From: an uncultured Treponemataceae bacterium
Lineage (GTDB): Bacteria > Spirochaetota > Spirochaetia > Treponematales > UBA12059
DNA length: 64,000 bases
Reading direction: 5' to 3'
Assembly: GCA_964630305.1 (NCBI GenBank)
Contig: CAZVTR010000005.1
Span: 7,153 to 71,152 of the forward strand
Shown one piece after another: positions 19,596 to 30,104 of this stretch (positions are counted from its first letter, which is position 1; each line of letters opens with the position of its first letter). Below the pieces are notes generated by a model that did not search any database, was not told the DNA's origin, and worked only from the letters and a program-made list of their open reading frames with translations. Position numbers and translations under genes: made by a program.

Positions 19596-20915
19596 TTACT
19601 TGAATGTAACTCCTATACCGATACTGGTAGCGGAATAATTATTAAACCATTCTCCCCAGCCGTCAAGCAAGCCTAGCATTAAGTCATACTGGACAGAAGC
19701 ATAAATCTTAGTGTCTCGAGAAAGGAGCCAGGATACATATGCTCCTGCATTGAGACCATAGTGGGTAAAGTAGGTATCATCAGTATTGCTTAATTGATCT
19801 TGAAGCCATGTTATGAGTACGCAGCTTGAGCCAGCAAGACCCACGCGGGCTGCAAGTTCTAGTCTGCCAAGATATATTGCATACTCACCACCAACACCGA
19901 AGCCAATTGGATACCCTTTGGGTTCATCAAAAAGAATTTGCGCAAAGGCATACGGCATGAGTCCGAAATAACCGCGGGTAAGACTGACTTTTAATCCCAC
20001 TGCAATGGAACTCTGAGACGTTGAATTAGCATCTAATGAAACAAGATGTGCATAGAGCGAGGCTTCACCGTCACGGCGCGGAATTTCACGGAGCTGAGTG
20101 TCTTTTTCTATTTTAACATCAGAATAGAGTACAACACCTTCTGAGCTTGTCGTGCCGACATCTTTTATTTTAATAAGCCCTACTTCCCGTTCGTTGGTAT
20201 AGCCTTCTATGTTTTCTGTTACGATAATAGCATACTCATCGCCTTTTTTTACGCCCATGTTCTGACCAAGCAGCATGGTAACAGAACCAAATTTAGAGGA
20301 AACTACTTTTGTCTGGTTCTGGAACTGCGGTATTTTGCGAATTTCATACTGCAGCTGACCTGGAATGCCATCGATTGCGCTTTTAATAGACTTAAACTGT
20401 GTTTCTTTGCTGGTTCCGGAACTTTCGACATCGGCAATACCAATCATGTTGCCGGTTGCCGCTTCGATAAAGGTAACTGTTGTTTTGATGTTAGTTTCGT
20501 ATTGATTTTTAGAGTTGTTGTACTGGCTGTTATAGCTTGTTACAACCGGTATCACAATGATAAAAGCACCAATTAATTTATTAAAATCGGCCTCTGTGAA
20601 TACTTCTTCACCAAATCGATACTTTTCTGGCATGACAAAATTCTGTTCCTTGACTTTTTTGATAAGGGAAATGAATTCATTAACATCGTTGGATGAAAAG
20701 CGTTTGTCCATGCCAATAACGGTAAAACGACCAAGGTCCAAAAATACTTTCTGGATTTCTACATCAATGGTAGCAAGAGCTTCTACTGGTATTTTGTACC
20801 CATAGTATCCAAGTGCAAAAATCGCAATTTCTTGCTTTTCGCTGACTTTAGGCTGTGCTATTACTGCGGTGAGGGTGACGAGCAGAGCCAGTACTATTGC
20901 AATAGTTTTCTTCAT
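19596..20915 (-). CDS. secreted, probably outer-membrane-associated protein of unknown function
   Basis: Signal peptide MKKTIAIVLALLVTLTAVIAQ. The C-terminal ~150 aa show alternating hydrophobic/Gly-rich, beta-strand-like patterns and end in ...GIGVTFK. AAGGAGG lies 7 nt upstream. Confidence 0.6.
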   Translation of the reverse strand: MKKTIAIVLALLVTLTAVIAQPKVSEKQEIAIFALGYYGYKIPVEALATIDVEIQKVFLDLGRFTVIGMDKRFSSNDVNEFISLIKKVKEQNFVMPEKYRFGEEVFTEADFNKLIGAFIIVIPVVTSYNSQYNNSKNQYETNIKTTVTFIEAATGNMIGIADVESSGTSKETQFKSIKSAIDGIPGQLQYEIRKIPQFQNQTKVVSSKFGSVTMLLGQNMGVKKGDEYAIIVTENIEGYTNEREVGLIKIKDVGTTSSEGVVLYSDVKIEKDTQLREIPRRDGEASLYAHLVSLDANSTSQSSIAVGLKVSLTRGYFGLMPYAFAQILFDEPKGYPIGFGVGGEYAIYLGRLELAARVGLAGSSCVLITWLQDQLSNTDDTYFTHYGLNAGAYVSWLLSRDTKIYASVQYDLMLGLLDGWGEWFNNYSATSIGIGVTFK

Positions 20916-21068
20916 TGATTTTCCTCCTTAAGAGTATAGATACTGTAAACGTATAAGTATCATTGTCATTATGTAACATAATAATGCACCAGACTGGTAA
21001 ATGCAATGCTGTTGGATGGGTTTTATGCGCTCTTGCACTCAAAAGTGCATAAAGAGTACTATTACAGC

Positions 21069-22466
21069 ATGTCATACCTTGCTGTTGATGATGATATTTG
21101 TGCACTTGCGACCGTACCAGGTGTTTCTGCATTAGCAGTTATTCGCTGTGCAGGGCCGCAGTGCATAGAAAAAATAGCTTCGCACACGAGTAAACCGCAT
21201 GCTTTTAGGAAGCTTTCAGGCTATAAAGCACTATTTGCGGATATACGTGATGGTTCTCTCCTTGTTGATGAATGTGTGTTTTTAGTATTTCGAGCTCCTA
21301 AAAGCCCTACCGGACAAGATGGCGTGGATATCATGTGCCATGGCGGCTCAGTCACTGTGCGGAAAATAATGTCCCTCCTTATGCAAAACGGTTTTCGTGA
21401 AGCATTGCCGGGTGAGTTTATGTTCAGGGCCGTGTACCATGGAAAAATCGATGTGCTTAAAGCGGAAGCCGTTGATGAACTTATTAAGGCAAGGACTGAA
21501 TCGGCACAGGAAGAAGCAATTAAAAAACTTAAAGGCGGTTTAAAAGCTGAGTTTGAGGTATTGCACAGCCACCTCATAGCGTGTGCTGCAGCCTGCGCTG
21601 TCCAGCTTGATTACGGAGAAGAAGAAGCAGGAGAAACAATTGATGTAATGACTGCTGAACTGGAACAGGCATATACACTATGCTCTGAACTTGCTGCATC
21701 GTATGCCAGAGGGAGGCTCATGCAGGATGGCGCTCTCGTTGTGCTTGCCGGGAAAACCAATGCGGGTAAATCCTCGCTTTTTAATCGCATACTTAAAGAA
21801 GAACGCTCAATCGTTTCCGATGTCCATGGTACGACGCGAGACTATGTCGAAGCTTCAATCGATATTGGCGGCATTCCAGTACGGCTCATAGATACAGCTG
21901 GACTCCGTGATACAACGGATATAATTGAGGCAGAAGGTGTGCGGAGGACGGAACTCCTCACTGATTCTGCTGATATTGTGCTCTATGTGGTTGATGCTAC
22001 ACGCGGCTGTACCAAGGATGATGCAAATCGCATACAAAGCTTTAAGCGGTGTATCGGTGTTTGGAATAAGGTAGACAATGCTGATGCATTGCCTGTCCCC
22101 GGCTGTCTGAATGCGTCCAATCAGGCTGCCTCAAAGACAATACCGTGGGTAAAAACAGCAGCAAGGACCGGCGCGGGAGAACATGAACTCATACAGGCGT
22201 TGTATACCATGCTCGTTTCCGAAAGTAATGCCGGCGCTGTGCTGAATTGTTCGGTATCAACACGGCGGCAGTATGAGGTGTTAGCGCGTATTGCTCTGCT
22301 GCTTAATAATTTGCGTGAAAAATTGCGCTGTGCAAAACAGCATGTTTTTGATATGTATTATGTCGACATAGAGGAAATACTGGCAGTGTATGCTGAGCTT
22401 GTTGGAGAAACTAATCCAGAAATGATATTAGATTCGGTTTTTTCGCAATTCTGTGTCGGGAAATAG
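21069..22466 (+). CDS. mnmE: tRNA uridine-5-carboxymethylaminomethyl modification GTPase MnmE
   Basis: N-terminal DDICALATVPGVSALAVIRCAGP. G domain GKTNAGKSSLFN, DVHGTTRD, DTAGLR, NKVD. C-terminal ...FCVGK (C-[IV]-G-K motif). Confidence 0.92.
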   Translation: MSYLAVDDDICALATVPGVSALAVIRCAGPQCIEKIASHTSKPHAFRKLSGYKALFADIRDGSLLVDECVFLVFRAPKSPTGQDGVDIMCHGGSVTVRKIMSLLMQNGFREALPGEFMFRAVYHGKIDVLKAEAVDELIKARTESAQEEAIKKLKGGLKAEFEVLHSHLIACAAACAVQLDYGEEEAGETIDVMTAELEQAYTLCSELAASYARGRLMQDGALVVLAGKTNAGKSSLFNRILKEERSIVSDVHGTTRDYVEASIDIGGIPVRLIDTAGLRDTTDIIEAEGVRRTELLTDSADIVLYVVDATRGCTKDDANRIQSFKRCIGVWNKVDNADALPVPGCLNASNQAASKTIPWVKTAARTGAGEHELIQALYTMLVSESNAGAVLNCSVSTRRQYEVLARIALLLNNLREKLRCAKQHVFDMYYVDIEEILAVYAELVGETNPEMILDSVFSQFCVGK

Positions 22467-22533
22467 CGCGTAAAACTGTTCTGAGACAGTTTGCTGTGTG
22501 AATAATGTGTATGCATGTGACGGAGTATTGGTA

Positions 22534-24378
22534 ATGGATTTTGATATTATTGTAATTGGAGGCGGACATGCCGGAATTGAAGCGTCGCTTGCAGGTGCAC
22601 GGCTTGGCTGCCGTACACTGCTCATAACGCAAAATCCGGACACAATTGGCAAAATGTCCTGCAACCCGGCAATAGGCGGGCTCTCTAAAGGCAATCTGGT
22701 ACGGGAAATCGATGCGCTCGGCGGCGAAATGGGCATCCTTATTGATGAAACGCTCATACAGTGGCGCATGCTCAATCGATCTCGAGGTCCTGCTGTACAA
22801 GCGCCGCGGGCACAGGCCGATAAGCTTGCGTATTCGATGCGTGCTCGCAGTCATCTAGAACAGCAGAGCAACCTCACAATTTTTATGGATACGGTGACTG
22901 GTCTTATAGAACACGAAGGGACAGTCCAGGGTGTTATCACAGAACGAGGTAATCGGATTTCCTCCCAGGTTGTTGTAATAGCAAGCGGAACGTTCATGGA
23001 AGGGAGAATTTTTATCGGGCCGTACAGGGCAGATTCCGGTAGACTCGGGGAACCCAGCGCAAAAGGATTGGGAGATTGGCTCCGTACACATGGGTTTCCG
23101 GTAGGACGCTTGAAAACCGGTACACCTGCACGCATTAAGGCAGAGAGCATCGATTTTTCGGTGCTGGAACGCCAGGACTCGGATACTGACATGCGGCCGT
23201 TTTCCTTTATGCATGATGAGCTAAAGTTTGATGATCAGCCCTGTTACATAACCTGGACTAATGAACGGACGCATGCAATTATCAGAGCGAATATCGATAA
23301 ATCACCGCTCTTTTCTGGTGATATTGTCGGGGTCGGTCCCCGCTATTGTCCCAGTATCGAAGATAAGGTCGTTAAGTTTCCGCATCGGCACCGGCATCAA
23401 ATATTTGTGGAACCAGAAGGCACGTATACGAATGAAATGTATCTCAACGGCCTTTCTTCCTCGCTTCCGGAGGATGTCCAGCGTGAGTTTATTAAAACAA
23501 TGCCGGGGTTTGAGTCTGCGGTCATGGTGCGCCCTGGCTATGCAGTTGAGTACGATTATGTAAATCCGCAAGCGCTCTACGCAACGCTCGAATCGAAGCT
23601 GCTCAAAGGGTTGTTTATTGCGGGACAGACGAATGGCACTTCGGGGTATGAGGAAGCTGGCGCGCAGGGACTCATTGCTGGTATCAATGCGGCAATGAAG
23701 GTTATCGGTGGAGAACCGCTCATAGTTACAAGAAATTCATCGTATATTGGCGTGCTCATTGATGATTTAGTGACACTTGGCACCAAAGAACCTTATCGTA
23801 TGTTTACAAGCAGAGCAGAACGAAAACTTTCATTGCGGCAGGATACTGCGGACAAGAGACTGACCCCGTTCGCTGAGCGTATTGGCTTAGCTTCCGAAGA
23901 ACGGCTCATGCGTTTTAAGAACAAAATGCAAGCGCTGGAAACAATTCAGGAACTCATGAAACAGCGGAAAGTCGCACACAGTGATTCGGCAATCACCAGC
24001 AGGCTCAGTGTCCATGTAGGAAAATCGGTCTATGAAGCATTGCGGGATCCTGAACTCCAGGAGCTTGAACTCAGCAAGCTCATCCCTGCTTTAGAAAGCT
24101 ATCCGCGAGAGTGGGTAGAAACCCTTTACCTCGATATCCGGTACAGCGGCTATGAAGAACGAGAGGCGCGCTTATCATCGCGGCTTTCCCGGCTCGATAC
24201 AGTTAAAATTCCAGAACAGCTTGATTATGCGCTCGTGACGGGGCTTTCCAATGAGGGGAGGGAAAAACTTGCACAGGTGCGTCCGGCAACGCTGGGGCAG
24301 GCAGGAAGAATTTCGGGTATGAGACCTGCCGATATTGCGCTCCTTGCTGTCTGGCTTACGAAGAACAAACAGAAATAG
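22534..24378 (+). CDS. mnmG: tRNA uridine 5-carboxymethylaminomethyl modification enzyme MnmG (GidA)
   Basis: DIIVIGGGHAGIEA, MSCNPAIGG, GPRYCPSIEDK and GQTNGTSGYEEA. The ATG at 22534 has GGAG 8 nt upstream. Confidence 0.95.
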   Translation: MDFDIIVIGGGHAGIEASLAGARLGCRTLLITQNPDTIGKMSCNPAIGGLSKGNLVREIDALGGEMGILIDETLIQWRMLNRSRGPAVQAPRAQADKLAYSMRARSHLEQQSNLTIFMDTVTGLIEHEGTVQGVITERGNRISSQVVVIASGTFMEGRIFIGPYRADSGRLGEPSAKGLGDWLRTHGFPVGRLKTGTPARIKAESIDFSVLERQDSDTDMRPFSFMHDELKFDDQPCYITWTNERTHAIIRANIDKSPLFSGDIVGVGPRYCPSIEDKVVKFPHRHRHQIFVEPEGTYTNEMYLNGLSSSLPEDVQREFIKTMPGFESAVMVRPGYAVEYDYVNPQALYATLESKLLKGLFIAGQTNGTSGYEEAGAQGLIAGINAAMKVIGGEPLIVTRNSSYIGVLIDDLVTLGTKEPYRMFTSRAERKLSLRQDTADKRLTPFAERIGLASEERLMRFKNKMQALETIQELMKQRKVAHSDSAITSRLSVHVGKSVYEALRDPELQELELSKLIPALESYPREWVETLYLDIRYSGYEEREARLSSRLSRLDTVKIPEQLDYALVTGLSNEGREKLAQVRPATLGQAGRISGMRPADIALLAVWLTKNKQK

Positions 24379-24425
24379 CAGTGTTTGTACTGCAAAAGGA
24401 TTCTCGGACGCTGCGCTTATTTTGT

Positions 24426-25034
24426 TTATTGCGTTTTGATATTGCAGATGCGCGCGAGGTCCTGCTTAATGCGGTCCAGATATTCCTGATACTGCGATTT
24501 AATCCGATTGATGTTTTGTGTATAAAATTTATTAAACTCAGGATCGCTCATTGGATTGATTTTAACTGGCTGTCCGAGTCTTGCTGACATTTCCTGTTCC
24601 TTCATTTTAAGGCGCGGAGCGTATTGTTTTTTGATAGCTTCATCTGCCTGCTGTAAATCTTCTGTGTATTGCTTGAGAAAAGTTTCGATTTGAGGAACTA
24701 CAGTTTTTAATTGGGCTGTGGCAGTTTTTCCGGCAATTGCTGCAAGACCCTCGGATATTAATTTGAGCCGTGCTTGCGCTTGTGCCGGAGCTGTCGTTAC
24801 AGGGAGCTGGAGGTTTGCAAGCAGTATTTCAAAAATGCCTGTTCGTACATAGTCGAGCTTTTCTTCCGGAATTTTCTTGAGAGCTTCGGCGAGGTTAACT
24901 GCTTCGGGATCGTTTAAAAACGAACCGGCAAGTTTTTTACCCTCAGTTTTTGCTTCTTGTTCAAGCAGTGCCTTTTTATCAACCTGAAGGCTCTTTGTTT
25001 TTTCCATGGCTATTTCAAGTGCCGATTTAATCAT
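24426..25034 (-). CDS. hypothetical helical protein, translationally coupled to the upstream phosphatidyltransferase
   Basis: The ATG at 25034 is preceded by GGAGGA (8 nt) and overlaps the upstream stop (ATGATTAA). 202 aa with no recognised motif. Confidence 0.55.
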   Translation of the reverse strand: MIKSALEIAMEKTKSLQVDKKALLEQEAKTEGKKLAGSFLNDPEAVNLAEALKKIPEEKLDYVRTGIFEILLANLQLPVTTAPAQAQARLKLISEGLAAIAGKTATAQLKTVVPQIETFLKQYTEDLQQADEAIKKQYAPRLKMKEQEMSARLGQPVKINPMSDPEFNKFYTQNINRIKSQYQEYLDRIKQDLARICNIKTQ

Positions 25035-25863
25035 TAGCCTTTCCTCCATTAGAGCTAGTTTGTTTTGCAACGGTAAGAAATTTTCGGAGTACTATAAATT
25101 TTTCGATTATTGATACACATAATATACCAATAAGCAGTTTTTCGAGCAAATCATACACCTGATACGGAACAACATAGAAAAACTTAATGAGAATGATAAA
25201 AAAGTATACCATTGTAGAGGCAACCGCTATTTTCCCAAAAATAGTTGTGCGGATATTAAAAGAGCTTGTTTTCACTAGTCCTACGATTTGTATAAAACCC
25301 TGGGTAAAAAGCCTGAGCAGTAAAACAAAAAATAGGAGCATGCTTATCATGTGGTAATAGAGGTAAGAAACACCGACAACGAATAAAATAAGGTAATCGC
25401 TCGTTGAATCAAGAATTTTGCCAATATGGGTTATTTCTTTGAGCTTGCGTGAAATAAAGCCATCAAAGAAATCGGATATAAATACTAAAAACACATAAAT
25501 AACAAGGATGAGCTTAATCTGGTAGTCTTTGCTGGCTATGATAAGCACAAGGAGTGAGGGCATAGCACTGATGCGAAACAGCGTAAACAGATTGGCCAGA
25601 TTGATTTTTTCTACCGGTTTATCGGTATCACAGTAGCGAAACTCGCTGCGCAGAGTAAAGAGAAAATAGGTGATGAGCGCATGGTATAAAATAGCTGCAG
25701 GAATAAAAAGAGCAGAATACAGCGGATCAAACTTTTTTAGTAATGCAGTGATTGTAAAAAATGCAATTTGAAATATGCAGAGTACGGTCATAACCGCTAC
25801 GAGGTTTTTAGGACCATTGTATTGATGTGTATGCTCTTTTGTTTTAATTATCTCATTGCTCAT
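25027..25863 (-). CDS. CDP-alcohol phosphatidyltransferase family protein
   Basis: Polytopic membrane protein with DFFDGFISRK...GKILDSTSD, i.e. the DG(x)2AR...G(x)3D(x)3D-type motif. Confidence 0.8.
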   Translation of the reverse strand: MSNEIIKTKEHTHQYNGPKNLVAVMTVLCIFQIAFFTITALLKKFDPLYSALFIPAAILYHALITYFLFTLRSEFRYCDTDKPVEKINLANLFTLFRISAMPSLLVLIIASKDYQIKLILVIYVFLVFISDFFDGFISRKLKEITHIGKILDSTSDYLILFVVGVSYLYYHMISMLLFFVLLLRLFTQGFIQIVGLVKTSSFNIRTTIFGKIAVASTMVYFFIILIKFFYVVPYQVYDLLEKLLIGILCVSIIEKFIVLRKFLTVAKQTSSNGGKAND

Positions 25864-25929
25864 GAAAGCCGCCTTTACTGTAACTATACAAACTTGACAA
25901 TATGGTTGTCAAATAGCCATACTGTTACT

Positions 25930-26505
25930 ATGAAACAGGCAGATAGCATTACAGCAAGCCGTATAGTGCTTGCACCATTGTTTTTTATTCTTTTTAGCTG
26001 GGGCATACCCGTGGGCATTCCGCGGCTCATCGTCGTCGTAGTACTCTGGGTACTGTTTGCAATTATTGAGCTGAGTGATCTTATTGATGGTGCTGTCGCA
26101 CGAAAGACTAATCAGGTCAGCAGTTTTGGAAAGCTTTTTGATCCTTTTGCGGACGTGCTTGCTCGGCTAGGGTACTTTATTTGTTTTATGAGCGTTGGGC
26201 TCATGCCATATTGGGTGTTTTTTATCATCTTGTTCCGAGAATACTCGATGCTGTTTATGCGCTTGCTCCTTGTGCAAAAAGGCGTTGCAATGGGCGCGCG
26301 CAAGGGCGGTAAGCTCAAATCATTTATGTATGCCGTTTCCGGCGGGGTGTCCTTGTTTATCTGGTCATTGGGTATGCTGTCCATCGATACCGGCATAAAC
26401 AATGTTTTTATTATTGGGAATTATGTACTGTATTGCATTGCCGCGCTGCTCGCGCTGGTATCCTTCATCGATTATTTTAGAGAGTTCAGGAAAGTAAATA
26501 AGTAA
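25930..26505 (+). CDS. CDP-alcohol phosphatidyltransferase family protein (PgsA-like)
   Basis: SDLIDGAVARKTNQVSSFGKLFDPFADV is the canonical D-G-x2-A-R-x8-G-x3-D-x3-D motif. I chose the ATG at 25930; the track ORF extends upstream through the divergent promoter region. Confidence 0.85.
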   Translation: MKQADSITASRIVLAPLFFILFSWGIPVGIPRLIVVVVLWVLFAIIELSDLIDGAVARKTNQVSSFGKLFDPFADVLARLGYFICFMSVGLMPYWVFFIILFREYSMLFMRLLLVQKGVAMGARKGGKLKSFMYAVSGGVSLFIWSLGMLSIDTGINNVFIIGNYVLYCIAALLALVSFIDYFREFRKVNK

Positions 26506-27309
26506 ATGAAACTAATTACAAGTGAAGCTCCCGAACAGTTTGCGAGTGTAGATTATATTCTATTTGATATCGATGATACGATTACTCATGAAGGACTTTT
26601 AGAGCAGGAGGCGTTTGATACACTCTGGGATTTGCGCCGTGCAGGGCTTCATGCAATACCGGTAACGGGTCGTCCGGCAGGCTGGTGCGACTGTATTGCA
26701 AGGCAATGGCCGGTGACAGGTGTCATAGGTGAAAACGGCGCTTTTATTATGTATATGCATAAGGGCAAGCTTGAACGACGCTATAACCCGCTTGCTCCCG
26801 CGCTTGAAGCTGTGCAGGAACGGCTTGCGCTACTAAAAACAAAAATCTTAAAACAGTTTCCGGAAGCGCGGATTGCGAAAGATCAGCCGTTTCGTCTTTT
26901 TGACGTTGCGTTTGATTTTGCAGAAGAAGAACCAATACTCAGCCTCAAGTATGCAGAGAGCATCGCTCGCGCGTGTGAAGCAGAAGGCGCAACCGCAAAG
27001 ATAAGTTCCATTCATGTGAATGCATGGTTTGGCACCTACACAAAGCGAAGCATGGCAGAGTATGTGCTCCCAGAGCTTTTTAATGTACACCCAGATGCGT
27101 TTGGAAAACGGGTCATGTTTTTAGGCGATTCGCCAAATGATGAACCGATGTTCAGTTTTTTCCCATTAAGCTGCGGTGTTGCAAACCTCATGAACTTTAA
27201 GGAATACATACAGCATTATCCTTCGTATATCACAGAAGCGCCATCAGGGCGGGGGTTTAGGGAGGCATGCAGGCATGTGCTTGCCTGCAGAAATAAAGAA
27301 GCGCGTTAG
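26506..27309 (+). CDS. HAD-superfamily (IIB-like) phosphatase
   Basis: Motif I ILFDIDDTIT, and motif IV FLGDSPNDEPMF. The start codon abuts the upstream stop (TAAATG). Confidence 0.8.
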   Translation: MKLITSEAPEQFASVDYILFDIDDTITHEGLLEQEAFDTLWDLRRAGLHAIPVTGRPAGWCDCIARQWPVTGVIGENGAFIMYMHKGKLERRYNPLAPALEAVQERLALLKTKILKQFPEARIAKDQPFRLFDVAFDFAEEEPILSLKYAESIARACEAEGATAKISSIHVNAWFGTYTKRSMAEYVLPELFNVHPDAFGKRVMFLGDSPNDEPMFSFFPLSCGVANLMNFKEYIQHYPSYITEAPSGRGFREACRHVLACRNKEAR

Positions 27310-27329
27310 CAGACACAGGCAGGGACACA

Positions 27330-28283
27330 ATGGAGCACGGAAAACAGTATCAGTATTGCATTGTCGATGTTTTTGCAGAAGCTCCCTATCGAGGGAATCA
27401 GCTCGCTGTGGTATTTGATGACGGCACGCTCTCAGATGCTGCCATGCTCATGATTACGCAAGAGATGCACTATTCCGAAACCGTTTTTATTGATACACAG
27501 ACACTGCTTGCGTGCGAAAAAAGTATACGTATTTTTACTCCCCCTGCGGAGGTGCCGTTTGCCGGGCATCCCTGTCTTGGTGCTGCGTTTTGCATCAGCA
27601 GAACACTTGCAATGAACAAGACTGACAGCATGACTGGTACAGCTCAAAGCTCAGCAAGCAGCGCTGATAACAGTAATAAAAACCTAATCTTGCGCACCAA
27701 AGCTGGCGCAATTCCAATTGTAAACAAGCAGAACGGATCGAAGTCTGTTTGGTGGATGGAACAGCTCCAGCCAGAGTTTGGAGCTCATGTCTCTGCATCG
27801 CTCATGGCTCGTATACTGGGACTCTGTGAAGATGAGATTGATACTGCATATCCGGTCCAGTGGGTGTCTACCGGGCTCCCGTTTTTGCTTGTGCCGCTCA
27901 AGAACCTCTCTGCAGTGCGCGCTGCATTGGTGAACTGGGAAATCTTTCATAAGGAGCTGCCTGGTATGCTTGGAGATGTCATGATCTTTACACGGGAAAC
28001 CGAAGACAGCACCAAAGACCTGCATGTGCGGGTGCTTGTGGATTTCCCCGGCATTCCGGAAGATCCAGCAACAGGGAGTGCAAACGGATGCCTTGCAGGC
28101 TATACTGTGAACTATGGTTACCTGGGGTCAGATCATGTAAATTATACCGTGGAACAGGGGATAGAAATGGGACGTCCCTCAGTGCTGCACGTTGCTGCAT
28201 CAAAGCACAATGAACGCTACTCGATACAGGTTGGCGGCGAGGTGCATCTCATTGCCGAGGGTACGCTGTGGTGGGGGATGTGA
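27330..28283 (+). CDS. PhzF-family isomerase/epimerase-like protein
   Basis: VDVFAEAPYRGNQLAVV, SETVF, FAGHPCLGAA and DPATGSANG. It carries an S/A/N-rich insertion (approximately residues 95-118). Confidence 0.82.
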   Translation: MEHGKQYQYCIVDVFAEAPYRGNQLAVVFDDGTLSDAAMLMITQEMHYSETVFIDTQTLLACEKSIRIFTPPAEVPFAGHPCLGAAFCISRTLAMNKTDSMTGTAQSSASSADNSNKNLILRTKAGAIPIVNKQNGSKSVWWMEQLQPEFGAHVSASLMARILGLCEDEIDTAYPVQWVSTGLPFLLVPLKNLSAVRAALVNWEIFHKELPGMLGDVMIFTRETEDSTKDLHVRVLVDFPGIPEDPATGSANGCLAGYTVNYGYLGSDHVNYTVEQGIEMGRPSVLHVAASKHNERYSIQVGGEVHLIAEGTLWWGM

Positions 28284-28307
28284 GTAGGGGATAATTATTT
28301 TGCTTTA

Positions 28308-30104
28308 TCATAGTCTTTCATAATAGTTTTTGATTTTTAATGAAATGAGCTTTCTTCTTTCTTTTAGAAATTCATCGTAATGTTCGATTGTTTTGTTTTC
28401 CATACCGTCAGGTATACAATGCATTTGAAAATTTTCTTTCATTTCATCAATATCTGTTATTGCTCCATATGATGAAATGCCTTTTTTACAATTATGAAGT
28501 AGTTCAGAAAAATATTCAGAAGGAGCTCTGTCTTTTATTGCAATATTGATTTCACTTTGCATCATAACATAATTTGCAATTTGGTTATATTTGTTTTTAG
28601 AAAGACCATGTTTCTTTAAATAATTTTTGGGAAACAGGTGATGAACATCTCCACGATGGGTAATTAAGTCTCTAACAGTTATATCACGAGATAAAAAACC
28701 ATTATCGTTAGATTTGACCTGTGCAGCTAGGTAAACGCTAAAGTATGGACTTGATGCAACTGAAGTATCCATTTGTTGTGGCAAACCAGCATTCCAAAAT
28801 GCATCAGATAATTGAGACTGTTCAACATCAATTATATAATTTTCTATTCCAATTTCGCTTATCCTGCGGACATCAAGATCAATTTGAGATTCAGGAGAAC
28901 CTGAATACCTTCCAGTAAGAATAGACATTACAAGCCATTTTCTAACAAATGTTTCAACTTTATTTGAATTTATCTTTTCAGAGACTAGTAAAAGATATAG
29001 TATATATGCAAAGTTTAGAGCGTTTTGTGACCTAATCATGCCTGGATCAATAAAACCAGCAGAACGAACAATCATTAAAAATCTTTTAAAATTAGTTTCA
29101 TTCATAAATTTTAATATTCCAGTTTTAAGCATTTTAAATGAGTTTTCTGCAATATATTCTTCATATGTTCGTGTTTCGAAGTTTCTTCCAGACAATAATG
29201 CTACAAGATCTTCTAGGCGTCCACGTTTAAATTCTGAAGTGAACGATACTCTGAGCATATCTGTATAGGAAGGATCATAGAGATCATCATTTTCATCTTT
29301 TAACCAAGCCATTTTATTGAAATAATCTGTTTTTGCGAATTCAGGATCTAATTCAATAATTTGCTGGTAAAATTCAGGAGCTACCGCTAAGTGGCAAAAA
29401 TAATCTATAATTTTCCTGATTGTATGTCCGCCATATATTTCGTTTGCAGCAATTTTTGACATTGCAAAATCTGCTTGACTTAGGACAACTCCTTGAGAAT
29501 TTATTCGAATAAAAATATCAGTAACTGTTTCAATATCAAGTTCAGAATTTAATTCAATAAGACCAATTGGGTTGTTAACAATAGATTTTAATAATTCAAG
29601 ACTCTCATAAATATCATCTGGCTTTGTGTCTGGATTAAGTTGGCAATAGTCCTGAACTAGCTTTAGCATTTTTACTTCTGGGGATATTATTAAGGATATA
29701 TCAGCAATCCACGCATTGTCTTTTTGAATAGCAGGGTTGGAAACTTCAAATCTTCTTTCTTTAGGATTAAATGCTATAATGATCCGTGTTTTCTCATAAT
29801 CACTATTAATAATTTGTGCTCCAAGCAATGAAGCCATTAACGCGGTGACTCTCTGTTGTCCATCTATTAAAATTCTTTTTCCTTGAGATAATGTGCCATC
29901 TTTTAGTCTAATTGATGGATTTCGCCATGCTATTAAATAGCCAATTGGATACCCTTGATAGAGACTGTCAATTAAATCACGAACCTTTGTATTGTTCCAT
30001 ACAAATGGTCTTTGTATTTCAGGAATTGCTATCTCACCAGAATTGATCCAGCTAAGAATAGTTTGAATAGGGTGCTGATTAACAGAATATTTTTGTATGC
30101 TCAT
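28308..30104 (-). CDS. DUF262 (ParB/Srx-like NTPase) + C-terminal His-Me-finger nuclease protein; GmrSD-like type IV restriction/defence candidate
   Basis: N-terminal [10 protein letters not shown]...[12 protein letters not shown]...[11 protein letters not shown] (DUF262 hallmarks). C-terminal [16 protein letters not shown]...N...(DUF1524/HNH-like). The DNA is strongly AT-rich relative to both flanks. GGAGC lies 6 nt upstream of the ATG. Confidence 0.8.
   Translation of the reverse strand: MSIQKYSVNQHPIQTILSWINSGEIAIPEIQRPFVWNNTKVRDLIDSLYQGYPIGYLIAWRNPSIRLKDGTLSQGKRILIDGQQRVTALMASLLGAQIINSDYEKTRIIIAFNPKERRFEVSNPAIQKDNAWIADISLIISPEVKMLKLVQDYCQLNPDTKPDDIYESLELLKSIVNNPIGLIELNSELDIETVTDIFIRINSQGVVLSQADFAMSKIAANEIYGGHTIRKIIDYFCHLAVAPEFYQQIIELDPEFAKTDYFNKMAWLKDENDDLYDPSYTDMLRVSFTSEFKRGRLEDLVALLSGRNFETRTYEEYIAENSFKMLKTGILKFMNETNFKRFLMIVRSAGFIDPGMIRSQNALNFAYILYLLLVSEKINSNKVETFVRKWLVMSILTGRYSGSPESQIDLDVRRISEIGIENYIIDVEQSQLSDAFWNAGLPQQMDTSVASSPYFSVYLAAQVKSNDNGFLSRDITVRDLITHRGDVHHLFPKNYLKKHGLSKNKYNQIANYVMMQSEINIAIKDRAPSEYFSELLHNCKKGISSYGAITDIDEMKENFQMHCIPDGMENKTIEHYDEFLKERRKLISLKIKNYYERL

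Noticed and set aside
20916-22533. Possible replication-origin features, since mnmE/mnmG and parAB are classic oriC neighbours
   Set aside because: I saw only isolated near-matches to the DnaA box (for example TGTGAATAA at ~22497 and TGTGGATTG at ~57551). I saw no cluster, no dnaA/dnaN gene and no AT-rich unwinding element next to boxes.
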